This document shows positions 1 to 7,904 of a DNA stretch of 41,700 nt, one piece after another. The notes below the pieces were generated by a model. That model saw only the letters and a program-made list of their open reading frames with translations, searched no databases and was not told the DNA's origin. The translations under genes and the position numbers were made by a program. The DNA is taken from UHGV virus genome UHGV-0188329; one strand, given 5' to 3'. Every line of letters begins with the position of its first letter. The stretch's first letter is position 1. This stretch comes from a virus.

Positions 1-15
1 ACGACGCGAGTCTGC

Positions 16-240
16 TTATTTATCTGGCGGGGAATGAAATATCTCACCGAGACCATACTGCCTGGCAGCGCGCAGTTCCTCTTCATCAGTCCATGCCACC
101 GGCTCTGCTTCCAGCGATGCCAGAGCAATTCGTGCCAGTTCTTCCGCTTCTTCTGCTGGCAGTACAACGTTGCTACCAGGTCCGTATGTTTCGCGCCACT
201 GCTTGATTGTCAGCAATCGCTCTTTGGTTATAGTGGTCAT
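16..240 (-). CDS. Hypothetical early-left operon protein (74 aa)
   Basis: ORF in leftward early operon, tightly packed with neighbours; no motif recognised. Confidence 0.35.
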   Translation of the reverse strand: MTTITKERLLTIKQWRETYGPGSNVVLPAEEAEELARIALASLEAEPVAWTDEEELRAARQYGLGEIFHSPPDK

Positions 241-250
241 TTGTTATGCC

Positions 251-448
251 TCAATACACAAAATCTGTTTTAAATTCATGGTTACATTCTGGACAGCATG
301 TTTCGTAACCTTTTATTCCTTCACATGCCTGTTTAGCTCCAGAAAACTCCCAGAAATCTGGATCACAAAGCAGATCGAAATTGTGACCACATTTGGGACA
401 TTCGGTATCAAGTGACAGACTCCAGTAAGCAGTAGTGTTTTTATCCAT
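251..448 (-). CDS. Small Cys-rich zinc-ribbon-like protein (65 aa)
   Basis: CPKC ... CCPEC cysteine pairs in translation; early-left position. Confidence 0.4.
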   Translation of the reverse strand: MDKNTTAYWSLSLDTECPKCGHNFDLLCDPDFWEFSGAKQACEGIKGYETCCPECNHEFKTDFVY

Positions 449-449
449 A

Positions 450-893
450 TCACTCTCCTTTGATGCGAATGCCAGCGGCGCGGATTGCAGCGATGACCTC
501 AGAAACTTTGTATGCCATTACCGTTTGGTAATCATCGTGAAAATCTGTTCGATGAAGCATGCTGCTACGTTCCGGGAGCAGTATTTCCCGCTCCTCCAGT
601 TCTGCTATGCGCTTTTTTGCTGTTTCCAGCTCATCCAGCAGCGCCAAGACGGTAGCCGGATTGGCTGCGGCGATGAATTCAGCATTGGCCTGCTGTTCCA
701 TTTGGAAATCTTCATCGAAACCGCTTTCAGGATGCGCTCCTTCAATTCTGCAAATGGGAAGATATCCAACAACTTCACGATGAATTAGCGCATCACCAGC
801 ATCAAATCTCTCCTCTCCATATTCGAGCGACCACACACCACACGTTGCTTTCTCCGCCGCTTCACGCAGCGCCTGTTTGTTGATGTTGCTCAT
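450..893 (-). CDS. Ead/Ea22-like early protein
   Basis: ANPATVLALLDELE motif typical of Ead/Ea22-like lambdoid proteins; start overlaps upstream gene stop. Confidence 0.5.
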   Translation of the reverse strand: MSNINKQALREAAEKATCGVWSLEYGEERFDAGDALIHREVVGYLPICRIEGAHPESGFDEDFQMEQQANAEFIAAANPATVLALLDELETAKKRIAELEEREILLPERSSMLHRTDFHDDYQTVMAYKVSEVIAAIRAAGIRIKGE

Positions 894-1537
894 TGGGCGG
901 CCTCCTGGCGGTCGATTCGTTCAATTTCAGCCAGAATAAGTGCGCCAGCTTTCACCATGTCACGGCGTGGATTTGTCGGCTTCCACCATTCTGGTGTCCA
1001 CGGCCAGTCAAATGGAATGCGGTTAAATGGATGGATGGCATTCAGTACGTAGCATGAGGATGCCCACAGTAACTGCGATTTGCTGTACTGGTCATCATGC
1101 TCAGGCGTCCATCCCTCAGCTGATTGATGGCGTTGACGCTCTGCAATTACTGACTGAACGGCATTGGATAGCGATTTCACACCCTGCGCACGCACTTCAG
1201 CCAGGAACGCATCGGTGGCTGGGGTGTCTGATTGCAGAGACTTTGCGCGATAGTCATTCCACCCTCTTGCATACATGGGATTAACTTGCACTCCATCTTT
1301 TACGCAATATGCCTGCCCTCCACGGTTGATAACCTTGATTTCGCCCATAGCGCCAGACTTCAGCCCCGCATTCTCCGCTGCCAGCGCCGCGCACTTGGCC
1401 TCCGCTTCAGCAAATTTACGCACCAGATATTCAGCGTTTGTTTCGTTAACCTTTAAATCATTTGGGATGCATTTACCTTTAAGAAATCCATCCATCTCAA
1501 TTAGTGACATTTGTTTCATTTCTTCCCACTCCGCCAC
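890..1537 (-). CDS. Hypothetical early protein (215 aa, GTG start)
   Basis: Long ORF in early-left operon; Trp/Pro-rich C-terminus; family not confidently recognised. Confidence 0.4.
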   Translation of the reverse strand: MAEWEEMKQMSLIEMDGFLKGKCIPNDLKVNETNAEYLVRKFAEAEAKCAALAAENAGLKSGAMGEIKVINRGGQAYCVKDGVQVNPMYARGWNDYRAKSLQSDTPATDAFLAEVRAQGVKSLSNAVQSVIAERQRHQSAEGWTPEHDDQYSKSQLLWASSCYVLNAIHPFNRIPFDWPWTPEWWKPTNPRRDMVKAGALILAEIERIDRQEAAQ

Positions 1538-1680
1538 ATCGCATTCAGATATTTGTTTTGATTTACTGATGGAAAAGAATTTCTCTTAAGCAATTCCTCT
1601 CTCGATGGCATTGGCTTTACGCGTTGGCGAATAATCATTTCTGCCGGAAGAATGCCGGGATTGTATGCAAGTCCTCTCAT
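1516..1680 (-). CDS. Small ORF (54 aa) below the ORF-track length cutoff
   Basis: ATG preceded by AAGAGGAA Shine-Dalgarno at about 7 nt; stop overlaps start region of next gene. Confidence 0.25.
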   Translation of the reverse strand: MRGLAYNPGILPAEMIIRQRVKPMPSREELLKRNSFPSVNQNKYLNAMWRSGKK

Positions 1681-1696
1681 GGTAAATTCCTCTTTG

Positions 1697-2011
1697 TTAA
1701 TTTATTCGTATGCCTGTTCTCTCTTCATCAAGTTTTTTTAGCTTGTATCGCATAGCTCTTACTGAATAAATTGAGCGGCAGGTTGCAATTGCTATTTCTT
1801 CTGCGGAGAACTTACCGAAAAGTGATACTTCGGCTCTTGTCCAGCGTCTTCCACGAAGTCGGCTAACAATGTCAGCGCCAATCCTTGTTGCTTTCGCCAT
1901 TACTGCTTTTTCAGTCCTTTCCAGTTTTTCAGCGATAACTTCAACTGGCATTGTCGCCGCTACTTCGCGCAAGAAATCGACTTCCCATTTCTCCCATGGA
2001 GTCTTTTTCAT
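1697..2011 (-). CDS. Hypothetical early protein (104 aa)
   Basis: ORF in early-left operon between Gp157-like gene and small ORF. Confidence 0.4.
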   Translation of the reverse strand: MKKTPWEKWEVDFLREVAATMPVEVIAEKLERTEKAVMAKATRIGADIVSRLRGRRWTRAEVSLFGKFSAEEIAIATCRSIYSVRAMRYKLKKLDEERTGIRIN

Positions 2012-2022
2012 AGTCGATACCG

Positions 2023-2511
2023 TTATTTGATAAGAAGTGAAGGTTTCCCAACCTTGAGTTGAGCGCCTGGGATATTTATTCCTGCTTTTAGTTGGTGTTT
2101 GATTGCCAGTTTGTCGGCTTTAATTGTCGTTTCAAACTCAACGTATTCAGGAGGAAGGGCGCTTGAGTCGATGATTTCTACAGTTTCTGACGGTTTGCGG
2201 ATTGTTACCTGGTGAATACCTGCTCGAATCTTTTTCTTGCCAACCATTTCAAGCGATGACGCTATATATGATTTGATGCTGTCAATCTTATTTTGAATTA
2301 CTGCGGCTCGCTCATTTAGTGACTTTGCCTCTTCCTTGAGGCGTTCAGCATAACCAGATTCATTTTTAATAATGGCGAGAAGTTGCTCTATTTTATCGGT
2401 AAATTCTCCTTCCATGCCTTCTATTGTGTCAGCAATCATCTCTGTCTCTAAATCTGAATCCATCAATTTTGCGTATTCATTGGCTATTTCATATAGTTTG
2501 CTCACTGGCAA
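2023..2511 (-). CDS. Siphovirus Gp157-like protein (RecT-associated)
   Basis: Coiled-coil protein immediately downstream of and overlapping the RecT-like gene, the usual Gp157 arrangement. Confidence 0.5.
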   Translation of the reverse strand: MPVSKLYEIANEYAKLMDSDLETEMIADTIEGMEGEFTDKIEQLLAIIKNESGYAERLKEEAKSLNERAAVIQNKIDSIKSYIASSLEMVGKKKIRAGIHQVTIRKPSETVEIIDSSALPPEYVEFETTIKADKLAIKHQLKAGINIPGAQLKVGKPSLLIK

Positions 2512-3400
2512 CCTCCAGTTTCGCTTTGCATTCTATGTAAATGGCTTGTACGTTCTGCTGCAATTTCATTCCAGATGTCAGGCGATATGCTTCTGCAAAA
2601 TATCGCTTCAAATCATCCATCTTTTCTGCCTGAGCCATTTCATCACAAAGAAGTTGTGCTTTATCCGTTATTTCCTGCTGGCGTTTCCGTTCATCTTCGC
2701 GGATATCTTCCTCTGATTTGTACGGCATAACTGGTTCAGTCCATACACCTTCTTCTTCGTTTAGTACGTGAATAGCACTATCAAGACGTGATGCCTTAGG
2801 CCAATACTTGCTTGCACGCTTTACGACCGTCTTTCGCGCCATCTCATTCCAGTGATTTACCCATGGCCCTTTATCGCTGAATGCCGCCTTGCTTGTTTTC
2901 CTTACAGCCTCAATTTCAGCCAGACTCATCTCTTCCGTTAGATAATCACCTGCTGGCGTCTTAACTGTGCAGTAAACGCCAACGATATCACCACGATCAC
3001 CGAAGGCGTTGTATTTATGGGTTGGTGCTTTATCAAGCCCGTTTGACTCATAGGTATCGTTAGCATGAACAAGTTTTGCCTGACCCCATGAGATAACACC
3101 AGACTCCATTGCAATATGGAGCAATCCCATATAGCTGATATCAAGGCAAACCATGCCGTCGCGCGGAACCAGATAAGCCAGTTTGCTGGCCGGGTTTAAG
3201 GTGATGCCGATCGCCGCAACATTGATGATGGCGTTCTGTGCGCTGGTTGGATTTGCCAGTGCTGTTTTAGCCAGGTAATCATTTTTCTGGAAATACTGAA
3301 TTGCAAACTGGCTTTCCTTAGCCCATGTCACCGTCTGTTCAGTCAATGCTCCGCAGAATAACTGCTCCTGCTGTTTAACGAATTCAACGATATTGCTCAT
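2489..3400 (-). CDS. recT: RecT/Bet-family single-strand annealing recombinase
   Basis: 303 aa; RecT-family-like central region and acidic C-terminus; early-left recombination position. Confidence 0.75.
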   Translation of the reverse strand: MSNIVEFVKQQEQLFCGALTEQTVTWAKESQFAIQYFQKNDYLAKTALANPTSAQNAIINVAAIGITLNPASKLAYLVPRDGMVCLDISYMGLLHIAMESGVISWGQAKLVHANDTYESNGLDKAPTHKYNAFGDRGDIVGVYCTVKTPAGDYLTEEMSLAEIEAVRKTSKAAFSDKGPWVNHWNEMARKTVVKRASKYWPKASRLDSAIHVLNEEEGVWTEPVMPYKSEEDIREDERKRQQEITDKAQLLCDEMAQAEKMDDLKRYFAEAYRLTSGMKLQQNVQAIYIECKAKLEVASEQTI

Positions 3401-3708
3401 GCAGCTTCTCCATAAATATGTCTGCGTTTGAATATTGCGAAGGCATATTCAGCCTTAACTCTTTCGGTTATTGCATCCCAGAACCATTCAGCGGCTTTTT
3501 CCTGATAGTCACAGTCATCATCTTCCAGCCAGTCGATAGCGTCCTTAGTGTGTTCATCTGGCTTATATGAGCGAAGCATTTCGCTTATTGGGTCGCAACG
3601 TTTGCAGAGGCGATCAACTTCACTGTTGATTCGTTCGTAATCATCATCGGTAAAACTTGCGATGATTTGCGATATTTCACGCTTATCATTCAGAGTCAGA
3701 ATCATCAT
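3397..3708 (-). CDS. Hypothetical acidic early protein (103 aa)
   Basis: ORF whose stop overlaps the RecT-like start. Confidence 0.4.
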   Translation of the reverse strand: MMILTLNDKREISQIIASFTDDDYERINSEVDRLCKRCDPISEMLRSYKPDEHTKDAIDWLEDDDCDYQEKAAEWFWDAITERVKAEYAFAIFKRRHIYGEAA

Positions 3709-3793
3709 CTTTCTCCTGTTCTTTGTGCTGATTGAGCATTTCTTTCATCTGACGAATGAATTCTTCGTCTGACCAGTTATCTGTAAAACTCAT
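3686..3793 (-). CDS. Small acidic ORF (35 aa), possibly translationally coupled
   Basis: ATGA overlap with stop of upstream CIII-like gene; runs into next gene start; no clear SD. Confidence 0.2.
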   Translation of the reverse strand: MSFTDNWSDEEFIRQMKEMLNQHKEQEKDDDSDSE

Positions 3794-3960
3794 GGACGGC
3801 CTTGTTGTTTCAAAATATCCCAAAGCTTTTCGAGCAAACTTTTCATTCTTGGTTGTTTAAAGTCTGCTCCGGTTAAAATGTTTTTTCGTGAATGCTGCAC
3901 CGATAAAATCGGGTTGAAAGGGCGAACCGATGCCGCCCCTGCAATAGCGAACTGTTGCAT
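3790..3960 (-). CDS. cIII: CIII-like protein (56 aa), inhibitor of FtsH-type
   Basis: Internal ATG with AAGGAG SD 6 nt upstream; MQQFAIAG ... SLLEKLWDILKQQG resembles lambda CIII; the longer 91-aa ORF-track form would span a terminator hairpin. Confidence 0.5.
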   Translation of the reverse strand: MQQFAIAGAASVRPFNPILSVQHSRKNILTGADFKQPRMKSLLEKLWDILKQQGRP

Positions 3961-4023
3961 AGGATGCTCCTTCTGTTTGATTGCATAACGAAAACGCCTC
4001 GAATGAAGCGTTATTGGTATGCA

Positions 4024-4052
4024 TATAAAAAGGCCCTCACATTGGAGGGCAA
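4024..4052 (-). terminator. Intrinsic terminator in leftward early operon (tL-like)
   Basis: GCCCTC/GAGGGC stem with 6-nt loop followed by CUUUUUAUAU on the minus strand. Confidence 0.5.
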
Positions 4053-4178
4053 AGAAGATTTCCAATAATCAGAACAAGTCGGCTCCTGTTTAGTTACGAG
4101 CGACATTGCTCCGTGTATTCACTCGTTGGAATGAATACACAGTGCAGTGTTTATTCTGTTGCTTATTCCAAAGCAAAT

Positions 4179-4421
4179 TTAACCATCAACAAACTCTTCT
4201 GGTAATTTATCAACCAGTTGATGACTTATTATCAGCCATTTGCCATCCTTCGTTTCGTATGCATATTTCTGGTCTTTTATCATCATGTGTTCGGCTACTG
4301 CCCTAACTGCCTGATCGGTGACATCTTCTCTCTTTCCTACCCACATTCCTTTTTCAGTGTTTAATGTTCCTTGAAAAATACGACCGCTTAATGGGCTTGC
4401 GCCCATAGTTTTTACTCTCAT
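4179..4421 (-). CDS. Hypothetical protein immediately downstream of N (80 aa)
   Basis: Starts 11 nt after N stop; GAGAG about 9 nt upstream; occupies the position ral holds in lambda but is not Ral-like. Confidence 0.45.
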   Translation of the reverse strand: MRVKTMGASPLSGRIFQGTLNTEKGMWVGKREDVTDQAVRAVAEHMMIKDQKYAYETKDGKWLIISHQLVDKLPEEFVDG

Positions 4422-4431
4422 GTATCAGCTC

Positions 4432-4758
4432 TCAAATAAGTGGTTTGCTGCCTAATTTCATTTTCTGGCGACCAACACAAGTCACACCCATTTCACTGCG
4501 TGGCTTGCTGTACCATGTGCGCTGATTCTTGCGTTCAATACGTTGCAGGTTGCTTTCAATCTGTTCGTGGTATTCAGCCAGCACCGTAAGGTCTATCGGA
4601 TTCAGTGCGCTTTCTACTCGTGATTTCGGTTTGCGATTCAGCGAGAGAATAGGGCGGTTAACTGGTTTTGCGCTTACCCCAACCAACAGGGGATTTGCTG
4701 CTTTCCATTGAGCCTGTTTCTCTGCGCGACGTTCGCGGCGGCGTGTTTGTGCATCCAT
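4432..4758 (-). CDS. N: Antitermination protein N (lambda-type)
   Basis: Arg-rich N-terminus MDAQTRRRERRAEKQAQWKAANPLL matches lambda N; nutL immediately upstream. Confidence 0.85.
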   Translation of the reverse strand: MDAQTRRRERRAEKQAQWKAANPLLVGVSAKPVNRPILSLNRKPKSRVESALNPIDLTVLAEYHEQIESNLQRIERKNQRTWYSKPRSEMGVTCVGRQKMKLGSKPLI

Positions 4759-4956
4759 CTGGATTCTCCTGTCAGTTAGCTTTGGTGATTGGATGGCCGG
4801 CGCTGAACCCCGGCTTACTGGTTAGAGCGCCCGCACTACCAGTGACGCTGTCTTGAGGCGCAGATTGGTTACTGCTTGCCATGAGCGCTGTTTATACATT
4901 GGTCGAGCATCAGCCTGCTCATTCATCCAATCCCAAAGCCTTCTGCTTTGAATGCT

Positions 4957-4987
4957 GCCCTTCTTCAGGGCTTAATTTTTAAGAGCG
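4957..4987 (-). promoter_or_regulatory. nutL (boxA CGCTCTTAA plus boxB GCCCTGAAGAAGGGC)
   Basis: Exact lambda-type boxA and boxB hairpin read on the minus strand, between OL and N. Confidence 0.8.
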
Positions 4988-5030
4988 TCACCTTCATGGT
5001 GGTTAGTGCGTCCTGCTGATGGCTTAAAAT

Positions 5031-5112
5031 ATACCTACAGGTAAAACCGTTGTCTATACCTGCAGGTAAATAAAATTGGTGTGAGAGTTTACCTGTTTGA
5101 ATTTTCAGGTAA
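5031..5112. promoter_or_regulatory. Left operator/pL region: repeated TACCT-N2-AGGTA palindromes
   Basis: TACCTACAGGTA (5033-5044), TACCTGCAGGTA (5057-5068), plus TTTACCTG-N10-CAGGTAA (5088-5112); same motif recurs right of cI. Confidence 0.6.
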
Positions 5113-5132
5113 TTAATTTTTTGGATTGATAT

Positions 5133-5154
5133 AAAAAAGCCCGCTTTGCGGGCT
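5133..5154 (-). terminator. Intrinsic terminator ending the cI operon (tIMM-like)
   Basis: GCCCGC/GCGGGC stem with UUUG loop followed by U-run on minus strand, 12 nt after stop of the cI-coupled gene. Confidence 0.55.
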
Positions 5155-5165
5155 GAAAGGAGATG

Positions 5166-5480
5166 TCAGAAGCTATTTGGATTGCTTGGCCATTGCGGCA
5201 ATTTTGATTCTACCGGGGTGTGTTTGGGTTTGAGTCCGTTTAAGTAGTCAAGACGCTCAATGGCGCATTTATACATAGCAATCTGATCTGATGACATGTC
5301 GTCATATGACATGCCTTTGAACTTCTTAATTATCGTTTCTGCCTCATGTATAAGATTCTTCTTCCTCATGAGTTCAGCTGTATGCTTAGAGCTTACAGGA
5401 GATAACTTTGCCCATATGAAGCAGATGATTACAACAGCGACTACTATGCCGGGTATAAACATTTGCTGCTTTATCCTCAA
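5166..5480 (-). CDS. Small membrane protein co-transcribed with cI (rex-position cargo gene)
   Basis: ATGA overlap with cI stop; one N-terminal hydrophobic helix (FIPGIVVAVVIICFIWA); followed by own terminator; no recognised family. Confidence 0.5.
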   Translation of the reverse strand: MRIKQQMFIPGIVVAVVIICFIWAKLSPVSSKHTAELMRKKNLIHEAETIIKKFKGMSYDDMSSDQIAMYKCAIERLDYLNGLKPKHTPVESKLPQWPSNPNSF

Positions 5481-6163
5481 ACTTTTGGCAGATCGTCCTG
5501 GTCTACGTACCTGGTGTGTTTCACAATAGCTGAAACAAAATGCATTTTATCAACTTCTTCAACAGGAAGAGTGATTGGGCGGTGATCACTGTTTATGCTA
5601 CTAAACTGATAATCACCGTCTCTTGTTTTGTTCATGATCTTTATCATGTTGTGACCGTCTTTGGTCCTTACAAAGACTTCATCACCTGGATGTACTGGCG
5701 TATTTGGTTCAATAACAACATATTCTCCTGACTGAATCCTTGGCCACATGCTGTCACCCTTAACCTTCAGACCGTAAGCATCTTTATCGCCGCTGTAGAT
5801 GCTTAACCAACCGGATCTGAATTCAATCATATCCACTGAGCCATCAACTCCCAAAACGGCTTCACCAATTACCGGAACAAAACCCGCACGAACGTTACCC
5901 GCAAACTCAAGATGGTCCGTAGCTCCAGCTTTACCATCTGCAAGCATGTCCATCCATCCGCGTGGGAGATTAAAAGATTTTTCAATTAGTTCCATCATAT
6001 CGTCAGCAATGCGTTTTTTTCCGCTTTTTCCTTCCGGATACAGCATTCTGGAAACGTATGATGGTTCCCTTTCTATTCGACGAGCCAACTCTGAGGCCTT
6101 TCCATTACAGAATCGGTCTCTTATCTCTATCAGCCTTAGTCGTCTTTGTTCGTATTTATCCAT
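5477..6163 (-). CDS. cI: CI-type repressor (HTH plus LexA-like S24 autopeptidase domain), non-lambda immunity type
   Basis: 228 aa; C-terminal GDSMWP serine motif and downstream Lys typical of S24 peptidases; between OL and OR; divergent from cro-like gene. Confidence 0.8.
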   Translation of the reverse strand: MDKYEQRRLRLIEIRDRFCNGKASELARRIEREPSYVSRMLYPEGKSGKKRIADDMMELIEKSFNLPRGWMDMLADGKAGATDHLEFAGNVRAGFVPVIGEAVLGVDGSVDMIEFRSGWLSIYSGDKDAYGLKVKGDSMWPRIQSGEYVVIEPNTPVHPGDEVFVRTKDGHNMIKIMNKTRDGDYQFSSINSDHRPITLPVEEVDKMHFVSAIVKHTRYVDQDDLPKV

Positions 6164-6183
6164 GATTTAATTCTATCTTTGAT

Positions 6184-6239
6184 TACCTGCCGGTAAATAA
6201 CCTATGGGTATTGATTTGCTTTTTACCTACAGGTAAACT
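6184..6239. promoter_or_regulatory. Right operator region with pR (and presumably pRM)
   Basis: TACCTGCCGGTA (6184-6195), degenerate AACCTATGGGTA (6199-6210), TACCTACAGGTA (6225-6236); candidate pR -35 TTGATT (6211-6216) and -10 TAAACT (6234-6239) upstream of cro-like gene. Confidence 0.55.
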
Positions 6240-6271
6240 CATCTTATTCAACAACGGGAAGGAGATAGCAA

Positions 6272-6502
6272 ATGGAAGAACTCCGCTTGTATCTGAACTC
6301 CCTTTCACTGGAAGAGCAGAGAGAATTTGCCACCAAGTGCGGAACTTCTATCGGCTATTTGAGGAAAGCACTTAGCCGTAATCATGAATTGGGCGCAGCA
6401 CTTTGTGTTCTGATTGAGAAGTTCAGCAATGGTGAAGTGACTCGCAAAGACCTTCATCCGGTTGATTGGGAAAGCATCTGGCCTGAATTAATGGCCGCTT
6501 AA
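6272..6502 (+). CDS. cro: Cro-like transcriptional regulator (76 aa)
   Basis: Small protein divergent from cI directly right of OR; GGAGA RBS; followed by nutR. Confidence 0.6.
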   Translation: MEELRLYLNSLSLEEQREFATKCGTSIGYLRKALSRNHELGAALCVLIEKFSNGEVTRKDLHPVDWESIWPELMAA

Positions 6503-6510
6503 GTTATTAA

Positions 6511-6542
6511 CGCTCTTACACATCCCAGCCCTGAAAAAGGGC
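6511..6542 (+). promoter_or_regulatory. nutR (boxA CGCTCTTAC plus boxB GCCCTGAAAAAGGGC)
   Basis: Exact lambda-type boxA and boxB hairpin downstream of cro-like gene. Confidence 0.8.
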
Positions 6543-6618
6543 ATTACCAGAAACAAATCTCTATGGTTTTGCGTTTCTTTGCGAAGCCAACTCTATCTAA
6601 TCATTAAGGAAATTATCT

Positions 6619-6900
6619 ATGGGTACTATTGCAACTAAAAGCAAGAAAGCGGCTCGCATCGAGTCAGCCTTGCTGAACAAACTGGCACTGATGGGGCAGA
6701 AGACATTCGCTCGAGCAATGGGGGTTCCTGAATATCAGGTAAGCCGATGGAAGAATGGTTTCTTCTCGCAGGTAAGCATGATGCTGGCTGTTCTGGAATA
6801 CGGAATCGAAGACGATGAAATGGCTGAGCTGACTAAGCGGCTTGCCAATTACCTGACAAAAGAAAAAGCCCCGAAGAACGGCGAATTCTTCGAGGCCTGA
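6619..6900 (+). CDS. cII: CII-like transcriptional activator
   Basis: RIESALLNKLA ... VSRWK ... SMMLAVLEYG resembles lambda CII; AAGGAA RBS. Confidence 0.75.
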   Translation: MGTIATKSKKAARIESALLNKLALMGQKTFARAMGVPEYQVSRWKNGFFSQVSMMLAVLEYGIEDDEMAELTKRLANYLTKEKAPKNGEFFEA

Positions 6901-6926
6901 TGTAGAAAGACTGGATCAATCCACAG
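6857..6926 (-). ncRNA. Candidate oop-like antisense sRNA overlapping the 3' end of cII
   Basis: Minus-strand 10-bp stem (6869-6895) followed by CUUUUUCUUUUG; candidate extended -10 TGTCATAAT on minus strand at 6932-6940; predicted RNA about 68 nt. Confidence 0.4.
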
Positions 6927-6934
6927 GAGTCATT

Positions 6935-7096
6935 ATGACAAAACGTCGTAAGAAATACCAGGAAAAAGAAGAGATTCGACACCCTGATTCACCTGAGGGA
7001 TTAGTGGTAGCCGCAGCAAATAACAGGGCGTTCGCAGAGCGCCTTGTTGGTGTTTACAGACTAGCCAAAGCAGGAGTGAAACATGGGCGTCGTTAA
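6935..7096 (+). CDS. Small basic ORF (53 aa) between cII and the replication gene
   Basis: ATG with AGGAG 6 nt upstream; overlaps start of O-like gene; below ORF-track cutoff. Confidence 0.3.
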   Translation: MTKRRKKYQEKEEIRHPDSPEGLVVAAANNRAFAERLVGVYRLAKAGVKHGRR

Positions 7097-7904
7097 GTTA
7101 GCTGATTACAGGCCTCAACTGGAGGTCGTGGAGCATCGCGTGGCAGATACCGAAGATGGTTTCATGCGCGTTGCTAACGAGATTACCGACAGTCTGCTGA
7201 TGGCTGATTTAACCGTCCGGCAGTTGAAGGTGATGCTCGCTATCATGCGCAAGACATACGGATTCAATAAGCCGATGGATCGACTCACAAACACGCAGAT
7301 AGCAGCCATGACAGGTATTCATCACACTCATGTTTGCGCTGCCAAGCGCCAGCTTATTGAGCGTAAATTCCTCATTGCTGATGGCGTGAAAATCGGAGTG
7401 AACAAGGTGGTTTCGCAGTGGATTAGCCAGGACAGCTTAACATTAGCTAAAACAGCTAATAAAACATTAGCCAAGTCAGCTAATGGGTATAAGCCAAGTC
7501 AGCTAAACACAAAAGACAATATACAAAAGACAATAAATACAAATACCCCCTTACCCCCTAACGGGGGCGGCGATGGGCAGGTTAAACCTGAACGTCGCAA
7601 GGCAGAACGAATCGACTACGAATCCTTCCTGAACGCCTACAACACCGAAGTCGGTGACAGACTTCCACATGCTGTTGCGGTCAACGAGAAACGCAAACGT
7701 CGCCTGAAGAAAATCATTCCGCAACTGAAAACGCCAAACGTGGACGGTTTCAGAGCGTATGTCAGGGCGTTTGTGCATCAGGCCAAGCCGTTTTACTTCG
7801 GAGACAACGACACGGGCTGGACGGCAGATTTTGATTACCTGCTGAGGGAAGACTCGTTAACGGGAGTTCGGGAAGGGAAGTTTGCAGACAGGGGGATTGC
7901 ATGA
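7083..7904 (+). CDS. O: Replication initiation protein (lambda O-like)
   Basis: Position after cII; contains internal iteron array and AT-rich tract as in lambda O/ori; stop overlaps helicase start. Confidence 0.7.
   Translation: MGVVKLADYRPQLEVVEHRVADTEDGFMRVANEITDSLLMADLTVRQLKVMLAIMRKTYGFNKPMDRLTNTQIAAMTGIHHTHVCAAKRQLIERKFLIADGVKIGVNKVVSQWISQDSLTLAKTANKTLAKSANGYKPSQLNTKDNIQKTINTNTPLPPNGGGDGQVKPERRKAERIDYESFLNAYNTEVGDRLPHAVAVNEKRKRRLKKIIPQLKTPNVDGFRAYVRAFVHQAKPFYFGDNDTGWTADFDYLLREDSLTGVREGKFADRGIA
7433..7545. repeat. Candidate origin of replication: iterons plus AT-rich tract inside the O-like gene
   Basis: AGCCAAGTCAGCTAA at 7469-7483 and 7492-7506 (23-bp period) with related CATTAGCTAA/CAGCTAA copies upstream, then A-rich run 7510-7545. 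Confidence 0.5.

Noticed and set aside
3790-4065. 91-aa ORF as given in the ORF track
   Set aside because: Would require translation through a strong terminator hairpin; replaced by the shorter CIII-like call starting at 3960
5799-6170. 123-aa plus-strand ORF
   Set aside because: Antisense within the cI gene; the cI frame has clear S24 peptidase motifs, so this overlap is artefactual
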